Below are positions 38,250 to 51,452 of a stretch of 64,000 nt of DNA, in pieces (position 1 is the stretch's first letter; every line of letters begins with the position of its first letter). The position numbers were made by a program, and so were the translations under genes. Location: positions 81,532,001 to 81,596,000 of the forward strand of contig NC_086097.1 of NCBI RefSeq assembly GCF_963921235.1, given 5' to 3'. The notes under the pieces were generated by a model. It saw only the letters and a program-made list of their open reading frames with translations, did not search any database and was not told the DNA's origin. This DNA is from Mobula hypostoma (taxonomy: Eukaryota).

Positions 38250-38565
38250 TGAAACCTATAAGAATCAAGCCATTCAGATCCACACAACTCCCAGGGAAGC
38301 AATTCCAATAGTCCACTGGCCTGATCCTTCACCCAGTCCTTGACCCTCTGCAACTTATTCTGCATCCTTAAATTGCCCTTTTGATTCTTTTCACCATTAG
38401 TGTGCATAAATGGTAAATATACCTTCACCAATTAACTGACCAGCATGTCTTTAAGATGTGGTAGGAAAAAAAAGGGCATCATAAAGAAACACACACTGTC
38501 ACAGAAAGAACATGCAAACTTTGTACAGAGAGCACCCAAGGTCAGGCAGGGCCAAACCCGGGAAC
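38250..38565 (-). mobile_element. V-SINE-like element, old
   Basis: ccaattaactgaccagcatgtcttt...gaacatgcaaact matches the reverse-complemented V-domain seen at 55970-56055. Confidence 0.5.
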
Positions 38566-39173
38566 TCACTTTCTCAGTTTCTATCAGAACTAGCCGGTCT
38601 ACATGTGATATTGGCTCAGTACAAGCATGCCCTACAGCTCAGCATTTTGCAATTTTAACAATCATTTATATTCTCACGCTCAACAACCCTAACTTGATAA
38701 CTTCCACATCACTTTTACATTTCCAATAATTCCATCATTTTCATCCGAGAGACAGGTCCGAATGCCAACCCTGACCCCAGAGGTACAAAGATATTCCCTT
38801 TTGCTTATCCATCCTCTTCCAACACACATTTCCTCTATAAACTGAAAACCAGCTTGTTTTCTCTCCCAGTTTGAATAAAGGATCTTCAAACTAATTTGTC
38901 AATTCTCTTTCTTTTCACACACACTGCCCAACCTGCTGGGCACTTCTGGCACTTTTTACTTTTATTTTAGATTTCAAGCATTTGGAATATTTTGAATTTC
39001 ATCCAGGTCTTGTTATAGGCAGGCAAGGTCTGTTTCATTTTCTGATGAATTGCAAACTGAATTGAACCATCTGTTATCAAGCCATCACCTTGGTGATTAC
39101 TCATGTAAATAAGTTATGAATAAAGATATAAAATATTTTTACAGGAAGAAAACCCTACCATGTGCATGCATGT

Positions 39174-40017
39174 TGTGACGAGAATACACACAAAATTAAG
39201 ATGTTTGCTGGCCTGGGCTAGCATCAGTGGGCATCAGCAGTTGGTCTGCCACCTGTCCTCAGGGGAAGGAGAGATAAGGAACAATGAAGCAGCATCTGGA
39301 GATGTGTAATGAAGGGACAGGAGAGAGAGCTGTCTGGAGCGGCTCCCCCTTTGAACCCTGAACTGAAGTGATGGACAGGCGATACCCCAGCAGGGGGATA
39401 AAAAGGGCCAGGTTCGCTAAGGCAGGACACACACACAACACCCGAGGTAATGAGACCCTGGAAGCGGTGCGCCTCTCACGAGTCGGTGGGAGGTACCGGG
39501 CCACAAACGCACAGGGTGGAAAGGTACGATCAGCGGGAACCCGGTGTGTGTCCACCCTCACTTGGGTGCCAGGTTCACTGCAGAGGATCGACCGCATCTG
39601 GAGGAGGGGTCACAGTCGGTGACCTCAGGTGACATCACAAAGGACCCGCCCGGAAGCTGCTTGTGAGCAATATCACCGGTCTGTGAGTGGAAGCCGTTCC
39701 CGTTCTCTCTCTCTCCCTCCCCCCACGTTGTCCATCGCCATGGTAACGATTACTGTGAACTGAACTAAATTGGACTGAACCTTGTGTCACTTTGAAATTG
39801 GTCATTTACCCCTAGACAATGATAGAGCTTGATTGATGCTGTTATCTTAATTCTGTGCACATGTGTGTTTATCATCGCTGAACTGTTGCATTTATTATCC
39901 TTCCGCTTACTGTGTTGCTTGTTTCTTTAATAAAACTTTCTTAGTTCTAGTAATCCAGACTCCAACTGAGTGATCCATTTCTGCTGGTTTGGCAACCCAG
40001 TTACGGGGTACGTAACA
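39174..40017 (+). mobile_element. Solo LTR (844 bp), probably Gypsy-type
   Basis: TGTGACG...CGTAACA termini; 4-bp TSD ATGT (39170-39173, 40018-40021); TATA-like gataaaa near 39397; AATAAA near 39928. Confidence 0.9.
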
Positions 40018-40870
40018 ATGTGTATACCAATACACATAGACATAAGCACACAAATACATGGAAATAGAAAATGAGTTATTCTGTTAACAATCTTAACAAA
40101 GCTGAAATATGTATTTAAGTGCTATTTATATAAAATAATAATTACAAAATGAAACATGATCAGTACTATCAAATTCAAATTTGTTAACTTTGCAATTAAG
40201 GCCATTTTCCATGCTTATATTATCATGTACAAGTTATGAATCCCCCCTCCTTTTTATGGTTGCATTAATTTAAAAATTGCTGTTAACCTACAAAAGCTTT
40301 GAAATTCTCATCACATTATTTGTGAAGATGTGGCAAAAGCTTCTTGAAATGTACCTTATTTTCATCATTAAGGCTTGGTTCTGCAGAGACTAGAATCTGA
40401 GGACTGCAAGGGTCCTTGACTGAGGCACAACTTTGCTGCATCACCTTGGTCATAGACACCAATACAATCCAGCCTGGTCAACCAAAATTTCCCTGAATCC
40501 AAAACTGTTCCTTATTAATCATGGGAATAAAGCAGTCTTGTTTGTGACAACCACAGTAATGATAAGCAAACTGTAATTGCAGTTTGTCCACCCTGCAACT
40601 GGATTGAAAAGGAACTAAATCACAAATATGGCGAGGTAAATGGTGGAAAATGACTACATCTTACAGGAAGAGAATAAAACTTATCTTGCTGAGATTTCAG
40701 TCCACATTTAGTACCAGTCATGACTTGGCATCTGCAGGATCAAAAGGACGTGCCTTACAGTACATCCTGAGCAAAGACTTCAACAAGAGGAGTTTCGTGA
40801 AGCAAAATGTGGTGCATGCACATGATTGACAACTGGCTATTAACCTGGAAAAATGAACACCTACCAAATG

Positions 40871-41563
40871 CAGTGCATTCCAGTTCGTTGGGACACATTG
40901 GGACCAGTACATTTTGGCACAATTAAGCAGTTGTGCCAATTAGCTGAAGTTTCACAGAAATAGTTATAAAGGCATAATGTAGATTATTGCTTTCAACAAT
41001 TACATCCTCCAAATCTTCATTTTCATTGTAACATTCAAGATAATTGATATAATGTAGATCATTGCTTTCAACAATTACATCCTCCAAATCTTCATTTTCA
41101 TTGTAACATTCGAGATGATAATTGATAGCTTCAAATTCAAAATTCTTCATTGTCCCCAACTTGTTGTAGTAGTTAAATCATCTCATTTTCACATCCAGCC
41201 ATTTCTGGCATCCCCAAGCCCCAAAGCTTGAAACCACAGTGAGCAAAACAGTTCTGAATTGTCTTACAGATTTTCTCTTGCCAACTATCAGTAACAAAAA
41301 TCACTGCTATTTGAACACAAACACAGACAACTGACACCATTTAAAAGCTATTCGCTCCAAGCACAGTGTAATGTCTAACAGCCACATAAGCACACGTGAC
41401 TGACGCTATAGGAAGCTGTTTGGTAACAATTTCCTGTCCCAATTAAGGAGCGTAGTGTCCCAAAAGAAATGGGTATTTTTTCAATTTGTTTTTGTTCTTT
41501 ATGAGTTGTCCCAAATAAACAGCTGCCTGATTCACCAATAACCAAATTAACTGGAATCCACTA
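40871..41563. mobile_element. Tigger/pogo-like non-autonomous element with internal tandem duplication
   Basis: cagtgcattccagtt ... aactggaatccacta|TA; ~75-bp unit repeated twice at ~40974-41127. Confidence 0.75.
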
Positions 41564-44500
41564 TATTTGCCAAAGGTAGGAATTGCAAGGGAAAGAAGCG
41601 CTGGAGATAAATGAAAGTGGTACACATAAGTTGTTCAAATTTTATAACCTTCACTTAACACTTTTACTTTTAAAGAGTACCATCAGCCAGTACAAATAGA
41701 CAATAAAATATCCTTCAACAATCCAATTCAACAACCTAAACTTTGTTCAACCTTACATGTTGCTGGCTCATTATATTAAAGAAACACTCTGGTGCAATTT
41801 GTTCAACAATCATTCTGATATTTCTAGCCATATTACAAAAGGAGATCAAGTGCATTTTCCTTTGGTATGTCCAGACATGCACCAAGGAAACAGATAAAAC
41901 ACTTATAGAGGTGCAGTGACCCAAATAATTGACTTCTCTTGATATAGTTACAGAGATCTGATCTTTAATTCTCAAATGCACCATTAATTTAAGCTAAGTC
42001 CTGCACCAAGGAATTATGGTTTTCATCTTTCACACTCCCTGCCTGCTCAGAGCTCAGATAAGTGCACAAGTGATTTCACTAAGAAGCTCAAACTGAATTT
42101 CTACTCTTTGACCTCTAGGCTACTAGAATTAAATCATGAAAATTCTGTATCATCTTTCCACTGTCCTGTAACTTGTAGCATAAGCCAGTGAGGAGCATTC
42201 TCCGCATCCCTACATGTATATTAATTCAGTGGAACATGTATCTGTTTCCATGTTTAATGGGCTTGAGCTACCATACTGATTTAAAAGCTCCAGGTAAAAA
42301 ATGAGTACCGAAAAGGGATGCTGTCGAGAAACAAAATCTGCCAGCAGGTAAAGTATAATCTACGTATTCAGCTGCCAAAGACCCAAAATGATGTGTTTTG
42401 CAAGAATTGTGAAATAGATTAGGTAAAAACTGAATGCATATGGAGTGTCAATCATAGAAAAATTCATCATGAATTACCAGATGTTGAAAAGTAAGGTCAA
42501 CAAAGCAATCACTAATGCTTGGCATATGGAATTGAATACGGGATCTTCAGGGTGAATGACTTGAGGACAAAAATGGGTTCTCTTGAGGTGCAGTAACACA
42601 TTAAAACCTCCATCAGAAGGCAAAAGGTCATCAGGCAGTTTACGGTGGCCAGCTGGAGAAATATTTATAAAACTTTGCTTTAATATTGCATCTGAACAGA
42701 ACTCCTCTCAATGGAACTACAGCTTAAAACACTGAAAGTTTTGAGTAAGACCAATATAAAAACAAAGAAAACATAGAAAAGCAAAAAAAAGGACACTACG
42801 ATTTATAAACTACCAGTTGCCTACCCACCCAAGTCCAGCAAATAATTTCAGCTACAGTGCTACAGTGCACCTTTGCTAACTAGTGTTTTGATTGTTGGGT
42901 TGCTTAAATAAACTTGCAGTTATTTTACCAGTAAGCTTTGCAATGCAATTCATTGACTGGCAATATGCCAATACTTAACAAATGTTGGAAGGCTATTAAG
43001 CCAAGGTTAGCCCAACTGAAATAAAACAGCTGGACAGTTTACAAAAGCAACTTCACCAACACTAGGATTATGCATAATTTAACAGTGATTTCTTTCAAAT
43101 GCAAACCTTTCATTGAAAAATTCGGGCTTCTCTCAGAGAAAGCCCTCTGGCTTCATTGTTTCGGAACAGTACTGCAACCAGTTGTGAAACCGCAATAGTA
43201 CAGGAGTGAGGCAAGAAACAATTGATGAGAAATCAATTGGAATGTTGGGTACATTAAGCCCTGCAATTAAAGTCAGTGTTGTTATCGTCAACCAATTAAA
43301 ACTTGCACCACTGGTTCAAGTGCGAGTAAGAACAATTTACTTCCGTTTAGACTTAGCCCACACTTAGTATTGTCTGGAACTGGTCAGGAGATGTTGAACT
43401 AAATTCCGTTATATTTTAAACTTAAATATAGATGCAATCTTCACACTGCAATAGTCATGCACTCTTCTCAGCCAATTCAACTCTTTAAGTTATTTATTAC
43501 CACACTGCAAGATACTTCAGGAACCACAGAACAGAATATAAAAGCTCCATTAATGATGAAAACCAGTCAATTCTCAGTTTTATTTGGAGACACAAATTGA
43601 TTGATAGATTGATTAATTGAGATGTGACAAGAAGCAAGAGCAGTTCCTGACAGCTTCGTCACTGCCCCTGAACAGGGTGGCTTGCTTGGTTACGTCAGAG
43701 TTACTATTGCAGTTAGTCTTAAATCTGAAGTAGGTTAGCCTGGGTAAGGCTGAGAGGCTTCTTCCCCTCAAGGACATTCTGGAATCAGGTTGATAATGGA
43801 TTTGGATTTAGTGGAAACAGTGCTTTCATCGAGTCATGAATGATACTACAGGAAAGAAGAATAAAATAGGTAGGGGCTCTGAAGCATTACCAGCTTAGCT
43901 TTTGGCGAAGCCTATTTTTAATCAGTGTGCTATAATTAACAATTTTGAAAATGTAGGGGTTCATGCATGTAGAATTTAATTTAAACACCCTAATAAGACT
44001 GATTTATTTAGACTAAACCGTATTATTTTAATATATTTGCAAAACCCTTATCACTATTATCAATGTTCTTCCTTAGTGTATAATTATATTCATTCTTCAG
44101 ACTGGGGTTGTGTCTCTCAACTCTTTTTACAGGGTTTGCAAATGTGATATGTTTTCTCATCAGCGCTCTCACCTGCCTACAAGTTTCCTTAAACCCTGAA
44201 ACTAGTTAGGCTTGTCAATGGGAATCGGAAGCCACAATGCAGACCCTGGGCTGTCACTTTGCAGGTGAACAGCACCACTGCCTGACAGTGTTTAAATCAT
44301 TACAGCAAGCAAGCCTCACCTCAGCGAAAGAAAGAGCTGGAGGAAGGAGTTTACAACATTGATAACTATCCGGACAAGACCACAGCGCCAATGCTAGTAA
44401 ATGAGATAAGCATAAACGGGTACTCGATTGTCAGTATGGACATAGTAAGCAGAAGGAGTCATTTGTGTGCTCTAAGACTCCATAAAAAAAATAAAGGGAT

Positions 44501-45870
44501 GAAAAGAAAATCAAAAGAAAGGGAAGGGAAGATGACAACAGGGACTCACTGACAAAGCATTGTACTTAATGCCATATTTGTATCAGTCATCCATTTAATA
44601 GTCAGCATTCAAAGTTGTTTTTGCTGGTTGCATTTTTTTTTAATCCTATCCTTAAGAGCAAGGGCATAGCCCCACCTGACCAAGGAGGTCACATTAAGCA
44701 AACATAAAAACAGAGAAACTCAGCCATGAACAAGCTAACCCAACATCCTCCAGTCACCAAAATAAGTACACAAGAGACAATCAAATTATTTTAATTTTCA
44801 TACACTCCATTTATCGTGATAACAAACTGCAAATCGTCATATACTGTAGCAAAGTTGGCAGTGGGTGCTGGTGATAGACAAACCGAGAGCAGGGTATACC
44901 CAAGGTCAGACACTTTGACAGTTAAACACAACTGCACCTACTAATGTGCTGCTGCCTTCCTGCAGTGGATTGCCTTCCTTCCAGACACAAACTATTATTT
45001 CTCTCTTATCCCTTTGTAATTAGCAATTCTCCCCTCTCCCAAATTCAGTGATTACATTATTGATTTTAGAAACATAGAAGTATAGAAAATCTACAACACA
45101 ATACACTCCCTCCGGCCCACAAAGTTGTGCCAAACATGTCCCTACCTTAGAAATTATGAGGCTTACCTATAGCCCTCTATTTTTCTAAGCTCCATGTACC
45201 AATCCAAAAGTCTCTTAAAAGACCCTATCGTATCCGCTTCCACCACCATTGCTGGCAGCCCATTCCACGCACTCACCACTCTCAGAGTAAAAAACTTACC
45301 ACTGACGTCTCCTCTGTATCTACTCCCCAGCACCTTAAACCTGTGTTCTCTTGTGGCAACTATTTCAGCCCTGAGAAAAAGCCTCTGACTATCCACACGA
45401 TCAATGCCTCTCATCATCTTATACACCTCTGTCAGGTGACCTCTCATCCTCCGTTGCTCCAAGGAGAAAAGGCCGAGTTCACTCAACCTATTCTCATAAG
45501 GCATGCTCCCCAATCCAGGCAACATCCTTGTAAATCTCCTCTGCACCCTTTCTATGGCTTCCAAATCCTTCCTGTAGTGAGGCGACCAGAACTGAGCACA
45601 GTACTCCAAGTGGGGTCTGACCAGGGTCCTATATAGCTGCAACATTACCTTTTGGATCCTAAATTCAATTCCACGTTGATGAAGCCCAATACACCGTATG
45701 CCCTCTTAACCGCAGAGTCAACCTGCGCAGCTGCTTTCACGTCCTATGGACTCGGACCCCAAGATCCCTCTGATCCTCCACACTGCCATTAACACTTACC
45801 ATTAAGTCTTACCATTAACACTATATTCCATCATCATATTTGACCTACCAAAATGAACCACTTCACACTT

Positions 45871-47275
45871 CACAACGTCAGAGTTGCTGGTGAATGCAGC
45901 AGGCCAGGCAGCATCTCTAGGAAGAGGTACAGTCGACGTTTCCGGCCCAGACCCTTCGTCAGGACTAACTGAAAGAAGAGATAGTAAGAGATTTGAAAGT
46001 GGGAGGAGGAGGGGGAGATCCAAAATGATAGGAGAAGACAGGAGGGGGAGGGATGGAGCCAAGAGCTGGACAGGTGATTGGCAAAAGGGATATGAGAGGA
46101 TCATGGGACAGGAGGCCTAGGGAGAAAGAAAAAGGGGGGGGTAAAACCCAGAGGATGGGCAAGGGGTATAGTCAGAGGGACAGAGGGAGAAAAAGGAGAG
46201 AGAGAAAAAGAATGTGTGTATATAAATAAATAATGGATGGGGTACGAGGGGGAGGTGGGGCATTAGCGGAAGTTAGAGAAGTCAATGTTCATGCCATCAG
46301 GTTGGAGGCTACCCAGACGGAATACAAGGTGTTGTTCCTCCAACCTGAGTGTGGCTTCATCTTTACAGTAGAGGAGGCCGTGGATAGCCATATCAGAATG
46401 GGAATGGGACGTGGAATTAAAATGTGTGGCCACTGGGAGCTCCTGCTTTCTCTGGCAGACAGAGCGTAGGTGTTCAGCGAAATGATCTCCCAGTCTGCGT
46501 CGGGTCTCGCCAATATATAGGAGGACACATCGGGAGCACCGGACGCAGTATATCACCCCAGCTGACTCACAGGTGAAGTGTCGCCTCACCTGGAAGGACT
46601 GTCTGGGGCCCTGAATGGTGGTAAGGGAGGAAGTGTAAGGGCATGTGTAGCACTTGTTCCGCTTACAAGGATAAGTGCCAGGAGGGAGATCGGTGGGGAG
46701 GGATGGGGGGGGACGAATTGTCAAGGGAGTCACATAGGGACTGATCCCTGCGGGAAGGGGGGGGGGGGAGGGAAAGATGTGCTTAGTGGTGGGATCCCAT
46801 TGGAGGTGGCAGAAGTTACGGAGAATAATATGTTGGACCTGGAGGCTGGTGGGGTGGGTAGGTGAGGACAAGGGGAACCCTATTTCTAGTGGGGTGGTGG
46901 GAAGATGGAGTGAGAGCAGATGTACGTGAAATGGGGGAGATGCGTTTAAGAGCAGAGTTGATAGTGGAGGAAGGGAAGCCCCTTTCTTTAAAAAAGGACA
47001 TCTCCCTCGTCCTGGAATGAAAAGCCTCATCCTGAGAGCAGTTGCGGCAGAGACGGAGGAATTGCGAGAAGGGGATGGCATTTTTGCAAGGGACAGGGTG
47101 AGAAGAGGAATAGTCCAGATAGCTAGCTCTTCTTTCAGTTAGTCCTGACGAAGAGTCTCGGCCCGAAACACCAACTGTACCTCTTCCTAGAGATGCTGCC
47201 TGGCCTGCTGCGTTCACCAGCAACTTTGATGTTTGTTGCTTGAATTTCCAGCATCTGCAGATTTCCTCGTGTTTG
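45871..47275 (-). mobile_element. Neptune PLE: minus-strand GIY-YIG body plus inverted tail (47127-47275)
   Basis: GVIYCVRCSRCVLLYIGETRRRLGDHFAEH; 12-bp TSD cacttcacactt (45859-45870, 47276-47287). Confidence 0.95.
45931..45966 (-). ncRNA. Minimal hammerhead ribozyme motif with intact GUC site
   Basis: Reverse complement: agtc-CTGACGA-agggtctgggccg-GAAA-c-GTC-gact. Confidence 0.75.
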
Positions 47276-50086
47276 CACTTCACACTTATCTGGGTTGAAC
47301 TCCACCTGCCACTCCTCAGCCCAGTTTTGCATCCTATCAACGTCCCGCTGTAACCTCTGACAGCCCTCCACACTATCCACAACACCTCCGACCTTTGTGT
47401 CATCAACAAACTGACTAACCCATCCCTCCACTTCCTCATCCAGGTCATTTATAAAAATTACGAAGAGCAAGGGTCCCAGAGGCACTCCAGTGGTGACCAA
47501 CATCCATGCAGAATATGACCCATCTACAACCACTCTTTGTCTTCTGTGGGCAATCCAGTTCTGGATCCACAAAGCAATGTCCCCTTGGATCCCATGCCTC
47601 CTTACTTTCTCAATAAGCCTTGCATGGGGTACCTTATCAAATGCCTTGCTGAAATCCATATACACTACATCTACTGCTCTTCCTTCATCAATGTGTTTAG
47701 TCACATCCTCAAAAAATTCAAAGAGGCTCATAAGGCACGACCTGCCCTTGACAAAGCCATGCTGACTATTCCTAATCTTATTATGCCTCTCCAAATGTTC
47801 ATAAATCCTGCCTCTCAGGATATTTTCCATTAACTTACCAACCACTGAGGTAAGACTCAATGGTCTATAATTTTCTGGGCTATCCCTATTCCCCTTCTTG
47901 AATAAAGGAACAACTTCCGCAACCCTCCAATCCTCCGGTGTATTTCCACTACTTGTCTTTAAATAATCACTACCATAATTATGTTTAAAGTTCTTTGCCT
48001 TCACATGTACCAATGGACCTTCTCCAGCTAAAAATATCATAGGCAGGGATCTCCAATACCTCATTAAATCCAAATGTTCATTCTTTGGTCTTTTTCCAAG
48101 GAAGTCCCCAGCGTTGAGGATGATTTACTTCCACTCTAACTTCATGGGTCCCCAAGTAGTTGATGAGCTTAGTAGAGGACTAGTTAGTGCAGTTGGATCA
48201 TATAATGTTTGAGGATCTGTATGGGCCCATTGCATTATTATCTACTCTTTACATTATTTGCACTTGGCCACCACATATTCTCAAGTTTGCCCAAAGTTTT
48301 TCCAGATTCTCTTCCTCTAATTTGAATAATGAAGACAAGATATTCCCCAGAGGAGATCTGGAAACATAATGTATGCAAGTGCAGACAGAATGCATCAGTG
48401 TGCTCCATTGACTGAGCAGTTCACAGAAAAGTTCTTTGTTATTCTTACCAAAGTTTCAAAGGCTCACTTTTTTTAATCAAAGTATGTATGCAGAATACAA
48501 CTAAAATTCGTCTTCTCCAGGTAGCCATAAAATACAGAAAAACGATGGGAGTCATTTAGGGTACCCACCCGCACAAGAAAGATAAAGAAACAAAACTTGA
48601 AAACTCCAAACTCCCTCAACTTCTCCCTCACACAAAAACTAACAGATCACCCACCATGATATGGCAAACAATGCCTGTTCATACAGATAAGATGCACTGC
48701 GGGTTATTCATGAAGACTCTTGAACAGCATCTCCTGATCTGTGACATTTCCCATGAAAGGGACAAAAGCAAGGATGTTGAAAAGCATCTCCAAGTCACTT
48801 GCCACTGTGAAACTATATTCCATTCCTTCAAGCTCCTTCATTCTCATTGCATCGAAACTTGAGAATTGTCAACTCAGCAGCAATGTGCAAACTACTGCAT
48901 CAGGAGAACTGTAAAAGTTCAGCACCATTTTTCCAAGGAGAAGGAAGGATGGGCAGTAAAATCTGGTGGCCTTGACAAATCCATATACATCCCATTAATG
49001 TTAATAAAAAGATATGCCTTTCAAAAAGGATTTTTTGTAGAGTTACTAGGAGTAGGAATATTTGCTATTATTTTTGAGTCTTCTGAAACAAGAAAGCCAA
49101 CTCTAATCTGCCTGATGACTACACCAGGCTCAACTAATTCAGACCAAGTCACAGACCAATTCTGTACAGAATATTTACCTTGTATTATGAAGTTGCATCC
49201 AGTGAGATCAGAAAACCCCAAAGCAACAAGAGATGTGCAACAAAGTTCCTCTAACTTTGTTTTTCAGTGATTAAATCACAGAAATATGCAGTATAGCTTG
49301 TCAGTACAATTACTACTTAATTGACCCTACAGTCATTCCCTGGTCTACTTCTTCCAAGAAACAAGCACCCCTTTTCTGTCCCAGCCATGAAAAGCTAAGG
49401 CGTTAATTTATATCTCAAGTCTTCTGCTCATTAATAAATGTATTATATCCCAAATAATAAAAAGCAGTACAATTTGCTGGAATCAATTAGATTCCCACTG
49501 ACTAGGTTATTGTTTGAACGTAGACATTCACTATATTTTTCCAGCTGGGATGGTAATTTATCCCGTGAAATACCTAATTGGAGAGTAATCTGCTGACAAG
49601 AGATGTATCTAATTTCACTGTTCTTGCTGCAAAGAATCAACAAATCCACCTTTCAATCTCCTTTCCACAATGCCTGTTATTTATAACTTCAATGATATCA
49701 AACAGTGAATAAACACATATAAGACAAGTCATTTCAATAACTTCTGTCTTCATTATTGTAAGATTGGCTACAGTATGTTTTCAGTACTTTGGCTTTAGAG
49801 AGAAATATGTTCCACTTGCATGGAAGTTCATCAGTAGAGGGAAAATGTTTTAGTTATCTGTTGGAATTCTGAGTTTAAGATGCATTCATATGGGGATAAT
49901 AAATGTTGGTGCTATTTGTCCTTTGGACTGGATTTTATTCAGCCTTAAATTGAGACAGGAAAGGTGACAGAGTCATTAAGATTGACAAAGAATTTGTGTC
50001 AGAGTTTTAATTCAAAAGGTCTAATCTTTCCAATGTCGAAATCACAAAGATCTCAATTATCTTCCCCAGGACTGGATTTTGGATGA

Positions 50087-50482
50087 GATTCAAGATTCAA
50101 AAAACATATATTGTCATTCTAAACGTACATCAGCTCTGCAGGGCAGAATGAGACAGCGTTTCTCAGGAGCAGTGCAATCATACCATAACAAATGCAACCA
50201 TTGAATAATAAACATACAATAAATAGTAAAACACAACAACCACATGTCAGTTAAAATCAAATTATAAGTGTCCAGTGCAAGTTAAAAGTGTCCAAAGCAG
50301 AGTCAGGTAGAGCAGCTATTTCTATTTAGTAGTCTGACTGCCTGTGGGAGGAAGCTGTTTAGTATCCTTGTGGTTTTAGTTTTGATGCTCCTGTAACATT
50401 TGCCTGATGGCAGAAGAACAAACAGTTCATGGAGAGGGTGTGAGGGGTCTTTAATGATGTACTGTATCTTCTGGAAGCATCG
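50087..50482 (-). mobile_element. Rex1/Babar-type LINE 3' fragment
   Basis: IIKDPSHPLHELFVLLPSGKCYRSIKTKTTRILNSFLPQAVRLLN; (ttgaatc)n tail. Confidence 0.85.
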
Positions 50483-51044
50483 AATGAGCATTCTGTCAGC
50501 AGAGAAACCAAAGTCAAGAGGGGTGGTGGATATTTCGGGTAGGCATCAGCAGCTCCTAAATAGTCACTGAGATGAGAGACAAATCCTGGGACACATTCAA
50601 AATTTATATGCAGGTTCAGTACAAGGACAAAATGCTGTAATTACTTCTATCTAGCCAGGTAGGTCAGAGTGCAAACAAGGAAATGCATTTACAGTCTGTT
50701 GAACAATGGAGGATAGATGCCAGAGGATGATGGAACATACCACACTGAAGGAAGTTTTGGTCCACATTGAAAGGATTCAAACATGGATCTGAGGTAGAGA
50801 TGGGCATAAATTCAGGAAGCTACACCATGACCATGTGGAAAGGAGTTTGGAGCAGGAAGGTAACATAGAATGACAGAATGGTCAATAGTGATATTTTTAA
50901 GCCATTTCTGAGGATAGGGGAATCAAATGAACATGAAGGATGTTAAGCAATCTAGGCTGTACTCAAGATCAAAGATGAGAGGCCACATGAGTTGCAGCCA
51001 GTGAGGAAGTGGAGTTAATACAGGGCAACAGTTCTTGTATAAAA

Positions 51045-51452
51045 ATTCACAGGTCAAATTTATTATTGAAGTACATACATGTCGTCATCTTCCCTGCGAG
51101 GCATTTTCTTGTGAGCATTCACAGTAGATTCAAAGAAATACAATATCAATCAAAAACAATATACAAAGATGGAAAAACAACTAACGTGCAAAAGACAAAC
51201 TACAAATAATAAAAAATAAATAAATAACATTGAGAACGCAAGTTGTAGAGAGCTTGAAAGTGAGTCCATAGGTTATGGAATCAATTCAGTGTCGAGCTAA
51301 GTGACGTTATCCATACTCGTCCAAGAGCCTGATGGCTGGAGGGTACTAACTGTTCCTGAATCTGGTGCTGTGGGACCCAAGGGTCCTGTAACTCCTTCCT
51401 GACAGCAACAGTGAGAAGAGTGCATGATTTAGATAGCGGAGGTCCTTGATGG
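51045..51452 (-). mobile_element. Rex1/Babar-type LINE 3' fragment, old
   Basis: Reverse-complement similarity to 13230-13660 (IKDL..HALL..SGRSY..RFRNS). Confidence 0.6.

Larger units (their letters stand above)
45068..47940 (-). mobile_element. CR1 LINE (RT to 3' end) interrupted by a PLE
   Basis: YRPLSLTSVVGK, YMDFSKAFDKVPH, FVDDTKVGG, RPHLEYCAQFWSP; tail (tttctatg)-like. Confidence 0.95.
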
